A DNA stretch of 63,997 bases, the filler included, from Saprolegnia diclina VS20 (lineage: Eukaryota): the NCBI RefSeq assembly GCF_000281045.1. It is 20 parts of 20 records of this genome, joined end to end, with 100 filler letters (N's around TTAATTAATTAA, not from the genome) between each part and the next. Parts side by side here need not be neighbours in the genome. Positions count along the whole stretch, not along the records: positions 42,244 to 46,168 come from NW_008246354.1; positions 46,269 to 50,212 come from NW_008246355.1; positions 50,313 to 54,052 come from NW_008246356.1; positions 54,153 to 57,886 come from NW_008246357.1; positions 57,987 to 61,748 come from NW_008246358.1; 15 more parts are not named here. One strand, given 5' to 3'. Each line of letters begins with the position of its first letter. The stretch's first letter is position 1. The translations under genes and the position numbers were made by a program. Under the pieces are notes generated by a model. The model ran no database searches, was not told the origin of the DNA, and saw only the letters and a program-made list of their open reading frames with translations. This document shows, piece by piece, positions 46,103-58,349 of the stretch.

Positions 46103-49100
46103 CTGTCACCATAATAAGGCCACGCTCGGCAAGTGCCACAAGGAACACAAGGAAGAAGCAAGATGAAANNNNNNNNNNNNNNNNNNNNNNNNNNNNNNNN
46201 NNNNNNNNNNNNTTAATTAATTAANNNNNNNNNNNNNNNNNNNNNNNNNNNNNNNNNNNNNNNNNNNNCGAAACGTTATTGTATTGGGGTGCAAAGTCGC
46301 CAAAAAGCCTTTGAATTGTGTCGGACTGTCAGAAAATCCCCCTCGATCTGAAGATGTTAGGCGTTTTGTATGCAGTCAACTCGATCATGTCGACCGATGA
46401 CGTGGCGCATTTCGAAGTGAATTGGAATGATGGTCTTAGGGTATGGGCCGAGAGAACGTCTCCGGGCATCGTCGTCAGCAGCGTCGACGTCGCTAGTGTC
46501 GCCGCTTGCGCCTACTGCAGCAAGGGCGCCAGATCGACCATGCCTGCGCTACCTGGTTAACGTCATGGATGCCATCGCCGTGTACGTACTGCCCATGCCA
46601 TGTGCGTCAGGCGCGACGTCGGACAGGTCGACGTGGTCAGCGCTGCCATCCAATGCGTTTAGTCGTTTGTATCGACTAAGGTTCGACTGGAGGTGGCAAA
46701 TGCGAATGGTATATTTGGCACATACCGCAAAGACCCGCGGTTATGCCGAATCCTATCAAACGGTTTCGGAGCGGCTTCCGGTTGGCGCGCGCCAGTTTTG
46801 GTTTGTCCGCGAGAGCGAGAAGACGAGCATCGCCCACGAAGCGCCGACTGCTGCATGCTGCCCGCGCGCTCCGAGGACGATGGACCGACGGTCATGGACG
46901 CTCCGCAGACGACGCAGGATCACCCTGCCCATCGCGACCAAGGCCAAGACCATGCACTACAAGAGCATGGGCGGCAGCGCCGACAAGTATGCAAGCCAAG
47001 GTCGTCCCAACGGTGTCAACCAGCTTCGCGCCGACCGAGCGCCGGCCTCGCTCGGACTTTGGTGACACATTGCGCGGTCTGTGTTCGCCTTCGACCGCGC
47101 AAAGGTGGTGCAGGGCCTCAAGGCGCGCTTCGCCAAGGTGCGGGCTGTCAACGAGACACCGGTACAAGTCGTTTGATGCACGTCGGTTTGCTAACCTTGC
47201 CGCTCATCGACACGAGCTGCTGTCGCCTTGCGTTGAGCAGGAAAATATTGTCCCGATGGAAAACCTTGGCGCGTGCATAAAGCGCAAGGTGCATCGCAAG
47301 GTGCAATCCAAGCGCATAGCCACTGCAATGGATAATTTGATGGTCACGGCTGCGCCCAAGCGACTTTGGCAACGAACCACGGCAGGAACGTCTGTCGCTA
47401 GCATGCTTGCGTTCAACGACCGGTTGCTGCATTCGTGGGAGACGCGGCTGTCAACAGAAGGTACGATGCATGCGCTCTTGACGTGTTCTCTACTATCACA
47501 CCAGCGTCGCCAAACGGATGCGTCCACGACACGCGCATTGCGTTGCTGGAGCTCAAGTGCGAGCTCCACGAGACGCTGGTTACAAGACGTGCGAGATTAC
47601 GTGCATAGCACACCGTACTCTCAAGGCGATGGCGACAAGACGGACCACAACAATTCTATGACATCGCATCACGATCACAGAGCGTCTCCTACGACAGTTT
47701 AATCGACGACGACCTCGTCGGCTTTTCTTCGCCGTCTACGCCAGCAGCCGCTTCTCCTCGATGAAGCGCACAACTTGCTCGGTGGTCTTACCGTGTCTCG
47801 GGACGAGCTTGCCCTTCTGCCACGCGACATAATCTACGCAGCCCATCAGATCGGGTACGAAAAGTGACGCGGTAGCGCTGGCGTAGATGCTGCAATCGCC
47901 CGAGCCGTGCGGGAACGCGCCAGGCATGCGCGCAAGTGCTGCTCGATATACATGCAGAGAAGCGCTGAAATGCATTCCACGATAACAACGGTCGTACCAC
48001 TGTCGCTTCGAACAAAGCCGCCGGTGCGCGCCGAGCTTTAACCGGATTGCGTCGGTATCCACGATACCAAAGTTGGTCGCTCTCTTCGCCGCGCATGATC
48101 CCCCTCCCGCATGGGCGACGTCCGCGTGTCGAGCGGTAGCGCCAGCTAGTGTCGAGCGTCGTAACTCGAGATGCGCGCCATGTACGCCAGCTGCCGCACG
48201 GCCTTGGCGAGCGTCGTAACTCGAGATGCGCGCCATGTACGTTTGCACGCAGCTCGTGATTGCTGCGTCTCGCGCGACGCCTTTGTAAAAGCATATCTAC
48301 TCAACAGAGAGACATGGTGAGCTTCCTGCTGCGAGTACAACTCGAGGTCACGTGTGACGTCTCTATGTAGTCCTCAACGACAATGCGGTCGCCTGAGAAC
48401 GACAACCGCGGCGTCTCGGGGCCTCGGGCGTGCCGATGGTAAAGAAGCCGAGCTTGCGTGCGCCTACGACCGTCCTGGGCCCATTGTGTCGGATCATATG
48501 AGTGACCGACACCGTTTTGACCGACCAGAAGGAGCCGCGGGTCGGACGCGTTGACAATGAGGCTGCCGTCGCTACGTTTTAGTCAAACGAGCGAAACTTG
48601 GATTCACACGATGCGCCAAAGTCGGACGCGTGGTTGCGTCCGCTGTCACTACTGCTGCGTGGAACTGTGGACGCCAGTGCGCCGAATGCGCGATGGAGAA
48701 GATGAAGAAGGAACGACGACGACGAGCAAGATTCTAATGCCAATGCGAGTGAGGCTGATGGCGTTCTTTGCTTTGTAATCCTGTCAGTTGCAGTCGTCTT
48801 CTTGCCACTGGTTGGCCCCAAATCAGGATCCTCGGCGTCGATTTCCCCACCAGTTTCGTCTGCAACAGATCGAACACCCTGCGTTGCGAGTGCCAACGCC
48901 AAGCCGTGATCGGACACGTGCAAATGTCGTCGTCCGGCATTAACGCCAAACTTGCCATGCGTTGGATGCCCAGAAGAATTGCATCGCGCGAAATGCTGTT
49001 CTTGGCGAGCCTCGAGACGTCAGACGCACGACAAAAGACATGCCACTGCACCACCAAGAGAGCAACGTCCTGATAAGCCACCGTATCGGAGCTGCTCGTA

Positions 49101-50605
49101 TACAAGTAGCGGGCAAGGACGTGCTTGCGGCAAGCCGGGGCCCGTCGCCGCTCGGACGCGTTGGCCAAGTTGAAGCTGTGTTTGCGAAACTCTTTTGTCT
49201 ACGAGTGTGCAGGGTGCATTGAGGGAATGACCATAAAACAATAGCGACCTGGTGGGGTTCTTCTCTAAGAACAGCAAGATAGAGCCTGTTCTGAGCGCTT
49301 GCACATCGCAATTCGACGCCCCGTTTATGTTACCGATTGCCAGGACACGGCGCCTGCTCGTCTGCATGGCCGCCGATGCGTGCGCCAACCAGCGCTGCTT
49401 CCGCCGGCCACCGCTGCCTGCGCGACTTGCGACGCCATCGACACGCTACAGACGAGCCCAACCCGACACGCTCGCCAGCAAGCACGCGGCAGTCGAGTGC
49501 CAGGCCACTGCGCGCACGACGCCCGCGCCCAAGAGTAAGAAGGCGCTAAGAAGCGCTGGCCACGGTCTCTACCACGTTCGTGCGTCGTCAGGTGGCATGT
49601 CAGTCGACACGAACCACGCCAGCTTGAAAAGACGCAGGCATGGCGCCAGGTCGAGGTCACGCACGCACGGCCTACCGCATGATACAAGCGGCACTTCGAA
49701 TCTTGCGGCACATCTATAATGAAGACTCGGCGTTTACATGTTAGTACACTATGACTTCACTTCACGACCTGCACGCCTTTGTCGAGTGGTCCGAGTAGAG
49801 GAGTGTGCACGCGAGCTATCGCACTGCGAGTGGGTTCTACTACGAGATGGATCGCTGAGCTCATTTCCAACGCCCTCACTGCTGCTACAATTGTACTCAG
49901 GCGTAGCATAGTCTCTGAGTTAGTTGAAGCAAATATGACTTTACGAGAAAAATACGTTTGATTGATTGAATGTTATTGGGGACTACAGAGCGAGCCGGGC
50001 GGGCCGAGCTGGCGATGTAGTTAAGGGTTGGCGCCCTAAAATACAAAATGAAAATGTGTAAAAGACAAGAGGAGAATGAATATGCAAACCGTTGGTGGAG
50101 CGGCAGCCGCGTTCAGTTGTGCTGCCAGCCACGTGTTGTGCAGCTGGAGACTGGCGAGGCGGTCGCTAGCCACGCCGAGCGCCTCTTGGAGGCCGGCGTT
50201 CTGGACGGCGCCNNNNNNNNNNNNNNNNNNNNNNNNNNNNNNNNNNNNNNNNNNNNTTAATTAATTAANNNNNNNNNNNNNNNNNNNNNNNNNNNNNNNN
50301 NNNNNNNNNNNNCCAACGACTGGTCGAGGACCGACCCGGCGCTCACCGACGGCGCGCGGCGACCAACGACTCGGCAGCGACCAACGACTGGTCGGCGACT
50401 GACGCTCCTCGACGGCGGGCGGCGACCAACGACTCAGCAGCGATCGAATCGTTGATGCAATGGACGTCAAACGATTGGTCGGCGGGCGGCGGTAAATCAA
50501 TGACAGTGTGTGTGTTCGCGAGGCAAGTCGGTGGTCTGACGACGGCTACCGACCAACGTCGATGCAAGACCAACGACGATTAAAGAGAACGAGCCGGATG
50601 TAATA

Positions 50606-52243
50606 TTACATAAACTGACTTCTTTTGCGTTTCCCGCCTTTGGCGCCCCTCTTTTTTATTTGTTTGTCGTAGCTTTCGACGACCATGTCGTTGTCCATGG
50701 AGAGGTCTCGAGGTGGGAGAGGTACAAGCGGGTTGTTGTACATCGCGGCACAGACCTCGCGGCTGTAGGCTGTATGGTACCAAGTGAGTGGTTCGACGCT
50801 GATGTGCATCGCAACGGCGATGGCATGCATGCAGGGTTTTAGGTGATCTTGCCAACCACCGCAGTAGCAAGTCTACGGCGTACTGGCGGTAAAGTAAGTG
50901 ACAACACTACTAAAATACCTTTGCTTCAATGTCGACGAAACGTGCCTTGTCGGGCTGCTTGTGCTTCGAGTGTTTGACGTTGAAGCTATGGCCTGTGCGA
51001 AGGTCCGTAACCTGAAGGATTGCGATTAGAGGGTTGATGCACAAGTTTGGAGCACCAACCGTGCATTTCCGGGCTTCAATCGAGAGAGCCTCGAAGGCCT
51101 TGGCCTCTTTGTTCGTGAGAATGCCTGAGCCCTTTGAGTGCATTTCGAGGCGCTCGTTGAAAGTCTTGTTGAGACGGTCGAAGTAGAAGAAGAACACTGC
51201 TACCGGATCACTTCCCCGAAGGTCGGCGCCAAGCCAATTGTTGGAAGACTCGGCCACGGCTACGGATCCAACGTAACTTGATGCACAAGTACGGCCTTTA
51301 TACCTGGCTTCCGTGCACGCAGCCCGGTCATTGCCTGCAAGAACTCGTCCTTTGATGTGCTGCGCGATATTTTGAAAAGGGTGCCTTCGTCGGGCTTCGA
51401 GACGACGCCCTGAGAGCGTTTGATATTTTGGATAATGTGCCTCAGACAGTAGCGGTGTCGCGCAAAGGGAAAGTATTTCGGCACAGCCAGGAGAAGACCT
51501 AAGCATATAATTAGAGCGGAAACAAGTACATGTTTACTGACCAAGATGGCGGTCGGAGACGAACGACCAGCCGATGAAATCGGATATACCCGCTAATGCC
51601 AATTGTCCGCAAAACCAGTCCCAGGTATCGACGAGTTCTCCTTGAACGAGGGCGAAAGCAATCGGTACAATGTTGCCGTTGCCGTCCTTCGATGTTGCCG
51701 AAAGCAAAGTACCCACTTGATGCATGTCTTCCTTCATGTGGCATGCCACGATTTCTTGAAACAAACTGTGAGTCATATACGTGATACCGTCGAGAAATAC
51801 AATCGGTAGAAGGAACTTCTTCGCGTCCTTGCGGAAACATGCTGGTACGCAGAACGCTCCGTGGTAAGACGACCCCGTCTTCGTGAATGCCGCGTACATC
51901 CCTGGGTTAGCTTCGGCCAGCTTCTTGAGGTAGGACTCGAGTTTGGCAAACTGGTCTTTGATCGTGGCTAGCTTGCGCTTCTTGGTGGTCTTCTTGACGA
52001 TGGTCACCCGCGACGACGAGATCGAGATACCAAATTTGTCGCGAACAGCCCGAATGAGCTCGTCCCGAACCGACGTGTGGCCAATCTCTTGCTCGACAGC
52101 GAACTTTATAAGCTAACTCGTGCGTGTAGTTTGTACTGGCGTGAAATATACACTTACCATGTCGGTAGAGACCGTGGTGTTTCGAGATCCTTGGGGCAAT
52201 TGTGTAGAATGCGGTAGACTGTGGTTGTGGTCCATGCAAACCT
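50606..52243 (-). pseudogene. MULE transposase (DDE + SWIM), multi-intron, degenerate
   Basis: LESYLKKLAEANPG; IVFLDG; GTLLSATSKDGNGNIVPIAFALVQGE; FVSDRH; HRYCLRHI; AESSNN; PCMHAIAV (SWIM). Confidence 0.88.
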
Positions 52244-52369
52244 ACAGTGTGCTCATAAGTACCGTAGGTAAACGAGTCCAAAACCTCCGTGTCGGCGAGC
52301 GCGAGAACGGCAAGGACGCCGTTTACGAACTCTTATGCTGCCCGTGCCTAAGCAAGACGCGTCAGCTTA

Positions 52370-52645
52370 GCGAATGCGCTGGGGTACGCGATCTCGACCA
52401 TCTTCACGATTCTCTCGGTGCTGCTCTCGGGCTGGGAGATCTGGACGCACTTGACGTACAACCCGGTCGTGTGCGTGCGCAAGTACATCCTCCACATTTT
52501 GCTCATGGTCCCGATTTTCGAGAAGATCCGCGACTGCTACGAGGTCTTTGCACTGCACTCGTTCTACTGCTTTCTCGTCGTATACCTTGGCGGCCAATCT
52601 GTCCTCGCCAACACGCTACGGATCAAGAAGCAAGTGCGACACCAT
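52370..52645 (+). pseudogene. Captured fragment of a TMEM184/organic solute transporter-alpha family gene
   Basis: AISTIFTILSVLLSGWEIWTHL...RKYILHILLMVPI / IRDCYEVFALHSFYCFLVVYLGG; the family's ILxMVPI and RDCYE motifs are abutted. Confidence 0.75.
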
Positions 52646-54152
52646 ACCACTCTGAGCTTCTCGACGTCAACCTTTGATGGAGTAAAAAATGATATAGCCA
52701 CCCCTATGTCGGGTCAATTTCGCCGATGCGCCAATTCCTTGTCAATGCCGATATGCTACATGTGCAGACTCCCAACAAGAGGTCATTCGGTCCAGTACCA
52801 ACAACGGCTCGCGATCGTCCGTGATATCGGGGTCGGAGAGATTGGTAAGGTCGCCCCTTTTGGTGAAGTTTGAGTCACGAATGATATTGCATTAAGTTAA
52901 TACGAAAATTCTTGCGACGATGTACGTTTTCATTTGCCCAATCGTCTGCCACCGCCCTCAGCAATTTACCACTGCCCGCCTTCAAAAAATGGTCGTAATC
53001 GCATAGAGGCAAATCGCGGCCAAGTTGTAGACCGCTATCTCGTTGATCGCCGTTGACTGGCTGATTGCCGACCAACGTCGACGCCGCCATCCAGTCGTTG
53101 GTCACATGGCTCGTCGCCGACCGCTTCGTTGGTCGCCGATTGACGTCACTACCGTTGAGTCATCTGCCGCCGGTTGTAGTCGCCACCAAGTCGTCATTGA
53201 AGCTGCCGGTCATCGTCAAGTCGTTGGTCGCCGCCCGTCGTCGAGGAGCGTCGGTCCTCGACCAGTCGTTGGTCGCTGCCGAGTCGTTGGTCGCCGCCCG
53301 CTGCCGAATCGTTGGTGAGCGCCGGGTCGGTCCTCGACCAGTCGTTGGTCGCCGCCCGCTGCCGAGTCGTTGGTGAGCGCCGATCGCCGTTAAGTCGTTG
53401 GTGAGCGCCGGGTCGGTCCTCGACCAGTCGTTGGTCGCCGCCCGCCGTCGAGCTGTTGGTGGGGGCCGATCGCCGTCAAGTCGTTGGTGAGCGCCGGGGC
53501 GGTCGCCGACCGCCGTCGTGTTGCTAGTCGCCGACTGCCGTCGAGCGGTTGGTTGCTGGCTGCGGCCGAGTCGTTGGTCACCGTGCATCTTGTACTTGGT
53601 TGGCTGGCTGTCGCTCGGTGTGGAGGTGGGCACCGGTGCTGGTCATGGGGCAGGCGTGTGTGCACGACGGAGCAAATTGAAAAGTGAGGGAAGTTCTTCG
53701 TGTGCTAGAGGCAACCCACATGTTTTCATGGACAAGGACTCTGGAGCCAATGCATTTTATCCGGAATGGAAGGAACGTTCTCTCCGGTTATCCATCCGGA
53801 CTACCTTGGACGGTCATTGAATTGCCCTCCCCAGTACGTTCTGTTTTGACAAAGGCTGGTCAAACACATGGACCTACGTTTTAGTGGCGGAATCCGCGAA
53901 AAGCACCGTTCTAATTGATTACCTCGTTGTGCAGCACGTACGGCATAGATACCGGTACATCTCTGTCATTGGAATGACCGACGATAGAGGTGTGATCGCG
54001 GCGGTCGTCGTCACGTCGAGAACCGTCGATGCTGGTCTGCGCTCACCGAGCANNNNNNNNNNNNNNNNNNNNNNNNNNNNNNNNNNNNNNNNNNNNTTAA
54101 TTAATTAANNNNNNNNNNNNNNNNNNNNNNNNNNNNNNNNNNNNNNNNNNNN

Positions 54153-55012
54153 CACATGACGGTCGCCGTCGTGATCGACACGAACGACTTTTGGTAGCAC
54201 TTCTCCTGGAGGTACGCCGGCGACGACGCATCGACGTCCTCGACAAAGTCGGCGCTGTCGCCGTACCCGGGCGCACTCGTGACCGCACCGTAGCCGTCGG
54301 TCTTGGGCTTGCGCGTCGTGGGCTTGGGCGTCGGCTCGGACGGGTAGTCGGGGCTGTAGTAGTCGTCGTTGTGCGCCTTGGGCTCGGGCGTTGGCTTGGG
54401 TGGCTTGCCGCCGCAGATGCCGTTGACGTTGGCCGACATTTGCACGTAAAAGACGAGGCACTGGTCGAGGAAGTAGCTCGTGAGGCTCTTCCGGCCGCAC
54501 GTGGTCCACGGGGCACCCGTCAAGAAGCAGTGGTAATCGCCGAGCTTGGGGATGCTGAGCCGGTCCTTCTTGTGGTCGGCCGAAAAGTATGTGTACGGGT
54601 ACGGCGCCGTCGTGTCCACCTTGTAGTGGCTCTGATACGGCGCGTACGACGGCGGCGCGTACGTCGGCTGCGGCTTGCCGTACCCCGGCTTGCCATACCC
54701 CGGCTTGCCGTAGCCTTCGTTGCCGTAGCCCGTGTTGTCATAGCCCGGCTTGCCATACCCCGTGTTGTCGTAGCCTTGGGGCTCGTTGCCGTAACCCGTG
54801 TTGCCGTACCCCGTGTTGCCGTAGCCCGGCTTGCCGTACCCCGCGTTGCCGTAGCCCTGGGGCTCGTTGCCGTAACCAGTGTTGCCGTAACCCGAGTTGC
54901 CGTAGCCGTCGTTGCCGTACGCTTGGGGCTGCTGCTTGTATCCTTGTGGCTGCGCCTTGTAGCCGGCGGCCGAGACGCCGGCGAGGACACCGAGGAGGAA
55001 CTTCACTTGCAT
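54153..55012 (-). CDS. Secreted Gly/Tyr/Asn/Pro-rich repeat protein (wall/cyst-coat-like), 3' truncated
   Basis: Signal peptide [15 protein letters not shown]; ([10 protein letters not shown])n pentapeptides; Cys-containing domain follows. Confidence 0.8.
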
Positions 55013-55500
55013 GGCTGTCCTTGTGTTGGAGGCACTCGAGAGACCAGAGGGAAAATCCGCAATGAGACCTTCGACGTCGGGCTTGGCGCCGCTGGGTGTT
55101 TCGTTGTCGAAAGATTGGTGGCCAATCACACGTCGCCGAAAAATTGGCAGCCAATCCACGACGAGTGAGAGCAGTTTCCCGCACCCTTTGGGCATGGATC
55201 GCCCGGCAGCCAATAAGCGCGCGGCGTGACGCTTCGGCACCAATCACAACGCTCGTGACTGGAAGGTTTGGCGCCGGGAGAAAGGCAGCAACCGACGCTG
55301 GCTGCAACTGCTCGCAAGTTGCACGAAGGACCCCCAGGCTTCGCCAGTCCCTTCTAGTTAGTACAGCTGCACAGGTCCTATAGCTCTACGAGGGTCAAGT
55401 CTTGGCAGAACGACGTGTGTTTTACTTCTTCCGTGTGCGCCGGGCTTTTGCACACTGTACAGTCAGTACTGATAGTAGATCCTGCAGAGCCACCTCAATA

Positions 55501-55587
55501 ACTCTCCTACAGCTATGAAATCTTAGTTGTCGCTTTACGATGAAACTCTCCTACAGCTATGAAATCTTAGTTGTCGCTTTACGATGA
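55501..55587. repeat. 43-bp direct tandem duplication in a divergent promoter region
   Basis: ACTCTCCTACAGCTATGAAATCTTAGTTGTCGCTTTACGATGA at 55501 and 55545. Confidence 0.9.
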
Positions 55588-55692
55588 CGAGCACGACGCG
55601 GTCGGGTTGGTAGCTTGAGTTTTTACCATGCGATGCGATGGTCGATCGTCGCATCCGGACAATCCAGTGATGAGTCCGGATAACACTGCTCG

Positions 55693-57638
55693 ATGGCGAA
55701 GAGCACGAAGCGACCGCGCGAGTCGGCGCCCAAGAGCCGTGGCGGCAGCGACTTTGTGGTGGTGAACCCGTCCTTGCTGCGCGGAACAGAGGCGTACGGA
55801 TACAAGATCGGTGCACGCCGCCTCATCTCTGTATTAGGCCTGCGCCCAAGAAGGCCAAGAAGGACACCACCAAGAAAGAGTCAAAGCCCGATGTGAAGAA
55901 GCCGAAGTCAAAGTCTACCGAGAGCAAACCCACCAAGGACGCGCCAAAGGCAAAGCCCAGTGGCGTGTATCATTGCGACGTCTGCGATTTGGACGTGACG
56001 ATGGGCGCCAAGGCCATGCATGAGCAAGGCAAGAAGCACAAGCGGGCTCTGGTGTCGAGTGGCCCCGTCACGACGCCGTCTGACAACGCCGACGCGCCCG
56101 CCGATGGAGCAAAGGTTGCTGCCGCGTCGTCTGCCAAGGTGGACGTGGCCAAGGTTGCTCCTGCGCCGACGTCGGTGCAGTATGTGCACGCCTCCCGCCC
56201 CGAGGACTTTGTCGGGGCCGTGTACGCGCTCCTCGACATGCATAACCTGCGCCGTGCGCTTGTCGTTGTGCCCAACAAGGGCCACGCGCTCTTGCAGCCG
56301 CAGTTGGTCGCTGGAGCGCTCAAGCACCTTGGGTTTACGGCCCTCGCGGTCCACGCCAAGACGCCGGCCACGCAGCGCCAGCAGACGCTCGAGAAGTTCC
56401 GGTCGTCGTCGTCGATAGTCCTTGTAGCCACCGAGCACTTGGCTAAAGGCCTTGCGTCACCAAGTGCCGTGTACGTCAACTGTACACCGAGCAAACCGAG
56501 TGGCGTTCTCTACGTTGTGCTGGAGAAGGACGCGGCACCAGCCAGCGACTGGGCGCCTGTCACGCCGTGGAACAAACTCGCGCTGCAAAAAGCGTCTTCG
56601 CGCGCCGCGATGGCCAAGACCATCCATGAGCTCACCACCCAGGACGTCGACAATGAAGCGCAATGGATCCAGAAGCTCGCGTCTGCGTCCGGGCTCGACG
56701 CCGACGAGATGCCCAAGGCCAAACCGTCGGCCAACCGCCAAAAGCTGGCTGCAGTTGCTGAGAAACTCTTCCTCCACATGGGCTATCCGCTCACGTACTC
56801 GGGTCCTATCGACGTCGCAGGCATGAAGGCCAAGATGACTGCTGTCGGGCTCCATGTGCAGTCGGCAGCCACGGGCATGTCGCTGCACGCAACCCGGCTC
56901 TCGGCGCAGACGCAGTGGCTCGACGCTGCGTCGGGCGGCGCCTTTGGCGGCGAGTGGGACGGGTCGGTGCGGCACGGCGCGTCGAAAGACAGCACGTCGC
57001 TCCAAGTCCGCGCCGAATTTTGTGCCCAAAAGTCCACGTGGCAGCCCAACCCCAAGCCGGCCGACGCTGCCGAGTGGGGCGGACCCTACGGCAAACCCTG
57101 CGGCCACAACGAGGTACTGCATTCCTATGCCATCCCGGATGTCGAGCTGTAATTATTCTAGGTGGTTATGCACCGGCTGCGTCCATTCTTCCCGCAAGAA
57201 GTGTTGAACGCGCGCATTTGCAGCCGCGAAAAGCCCGCGCCTGCCAACGACGGCTACGATGGCTGCCTCGAGCATCTCCAGTGGCGCTGCATCTCGAGCG
57301 GCAAGGCCATGACCGTCTGGGACTCCGAGCAGTGGGTCTTCGTTGCTGCAAATGGTGACGTGCGCCGTATCAACAAGACGGCGGCGCTGCACCTGCCGCT
57401 GCCGCGCCTCAAGTGGACCATGGCCAACTTTCGCGACCACACGCTGCGCTGCGAGGGCCAGATCCCACCGGCGCACCTGCTGCAAACGATTTCGTACTTA
57501 GGCTTTTGCGGCGGCGTCCAGCAGGACGAGAACGCACCGCAGGTGTGGGGCCTGCCGAAGCGCGCACGGCAGATGATTGTCGGCTACCTCGTGTCGGGCT
57601 CGCCAGAGCAGTGGACGCGCCTCCTGATTACCAAGTAG
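55693..57638 (+). CDS. Hypothetical protein with U1/matrin-type C2H2 finger and degenerate helicase C-terminal-like domain; introns ~55793-55837 and ~57113-57161
   Basis: CDVC...HEQGKKH; ALAVHAKTPATQRQQTLEKFR...VLVATEHLAKGL resembles DEAD-box Helicase_C; GT-AG introns join three ORFs in frame. Confidence 0.75.
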
Positions 57639-58349
57639 AAGCTTACGTAGCTCTGTATTCAAGTTGATCTGGCACAACGGTCGTACAGCGTTTGCTTTCG
57701 TGTGCATCGACGATCGCGTGTTGAGGATTCATTTGCCACCAAATGTGTAAAACACATACTTTACACGGTGGGAAACCATTTCCACGGCGAGAAATACGCG
57801 TATCCATTTTTCACGAGTTGTGGGAGCGCTCATGGCGGGAGCGCTGGCCGAGGAAGCGCTGCTGCAGGGGCTCCATGAAGCCATCTNNNNNNNNNNNNNN
57901 NNNNNNNNNNNNNNNNNNNNNNNNNNNNNNTTAATTAATTAANNNNNNNNNNNNNNNNNNNNNNNNNNNNNNNNNNNNNNNNNNNNGTGTGTTGGGAAGA
58001 CGAGGCAGTCCAGCGCTTGATCTTGCACGTGCGTGATGGTTCGGATGTCGTCTTGCGACACGCTGTCGGGGCTCGAGCTTTCGGGGTGTCAGCTTCACAA
58101 CGCAGTCCATTCGCGTGATCCCGTACGTCGTTCCAGTATGTCTTGCTCGCCTCACCAATCCGAGCACCATCGACGCTATTATCGATGCTGTTTTTCCTCA
58201 TGTCTTCTCCAACGCTGGCGTTGAGCAGGCACATGATGCTGGGCTCACCGATAACTTGTATTTTGTATTCAATACAAATACGGAGTGAAATAGAATGTTG
58301 TAACTGCCACAGCACCATTTGCCGGAAGCAGGTAATAATACAGCCGACG

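Larger units (their letters stand above)
50313..53600 (-). mobile_element. Mutator-like element with inverted subterminal repeat arrays
   Basis: CCAACGACTGGTCGAGGACCGACCCGGCGCTCACC array at 50313-50579 is the reverse complement of the array at ~53215-53580; MULE transposase between them. Confidence 0.8.

Noticed and set aside
38153..46168. Tandem duplication of a 4.09-kb locus
   Set aside because: The copies are separate contigs joined by a linker; adjacency is artificial.
53215..53580. Repeat array as CRISPR-like
   Set aside because: No unique spacers, eukaryotic context; explained as MULE subterminal repeats.
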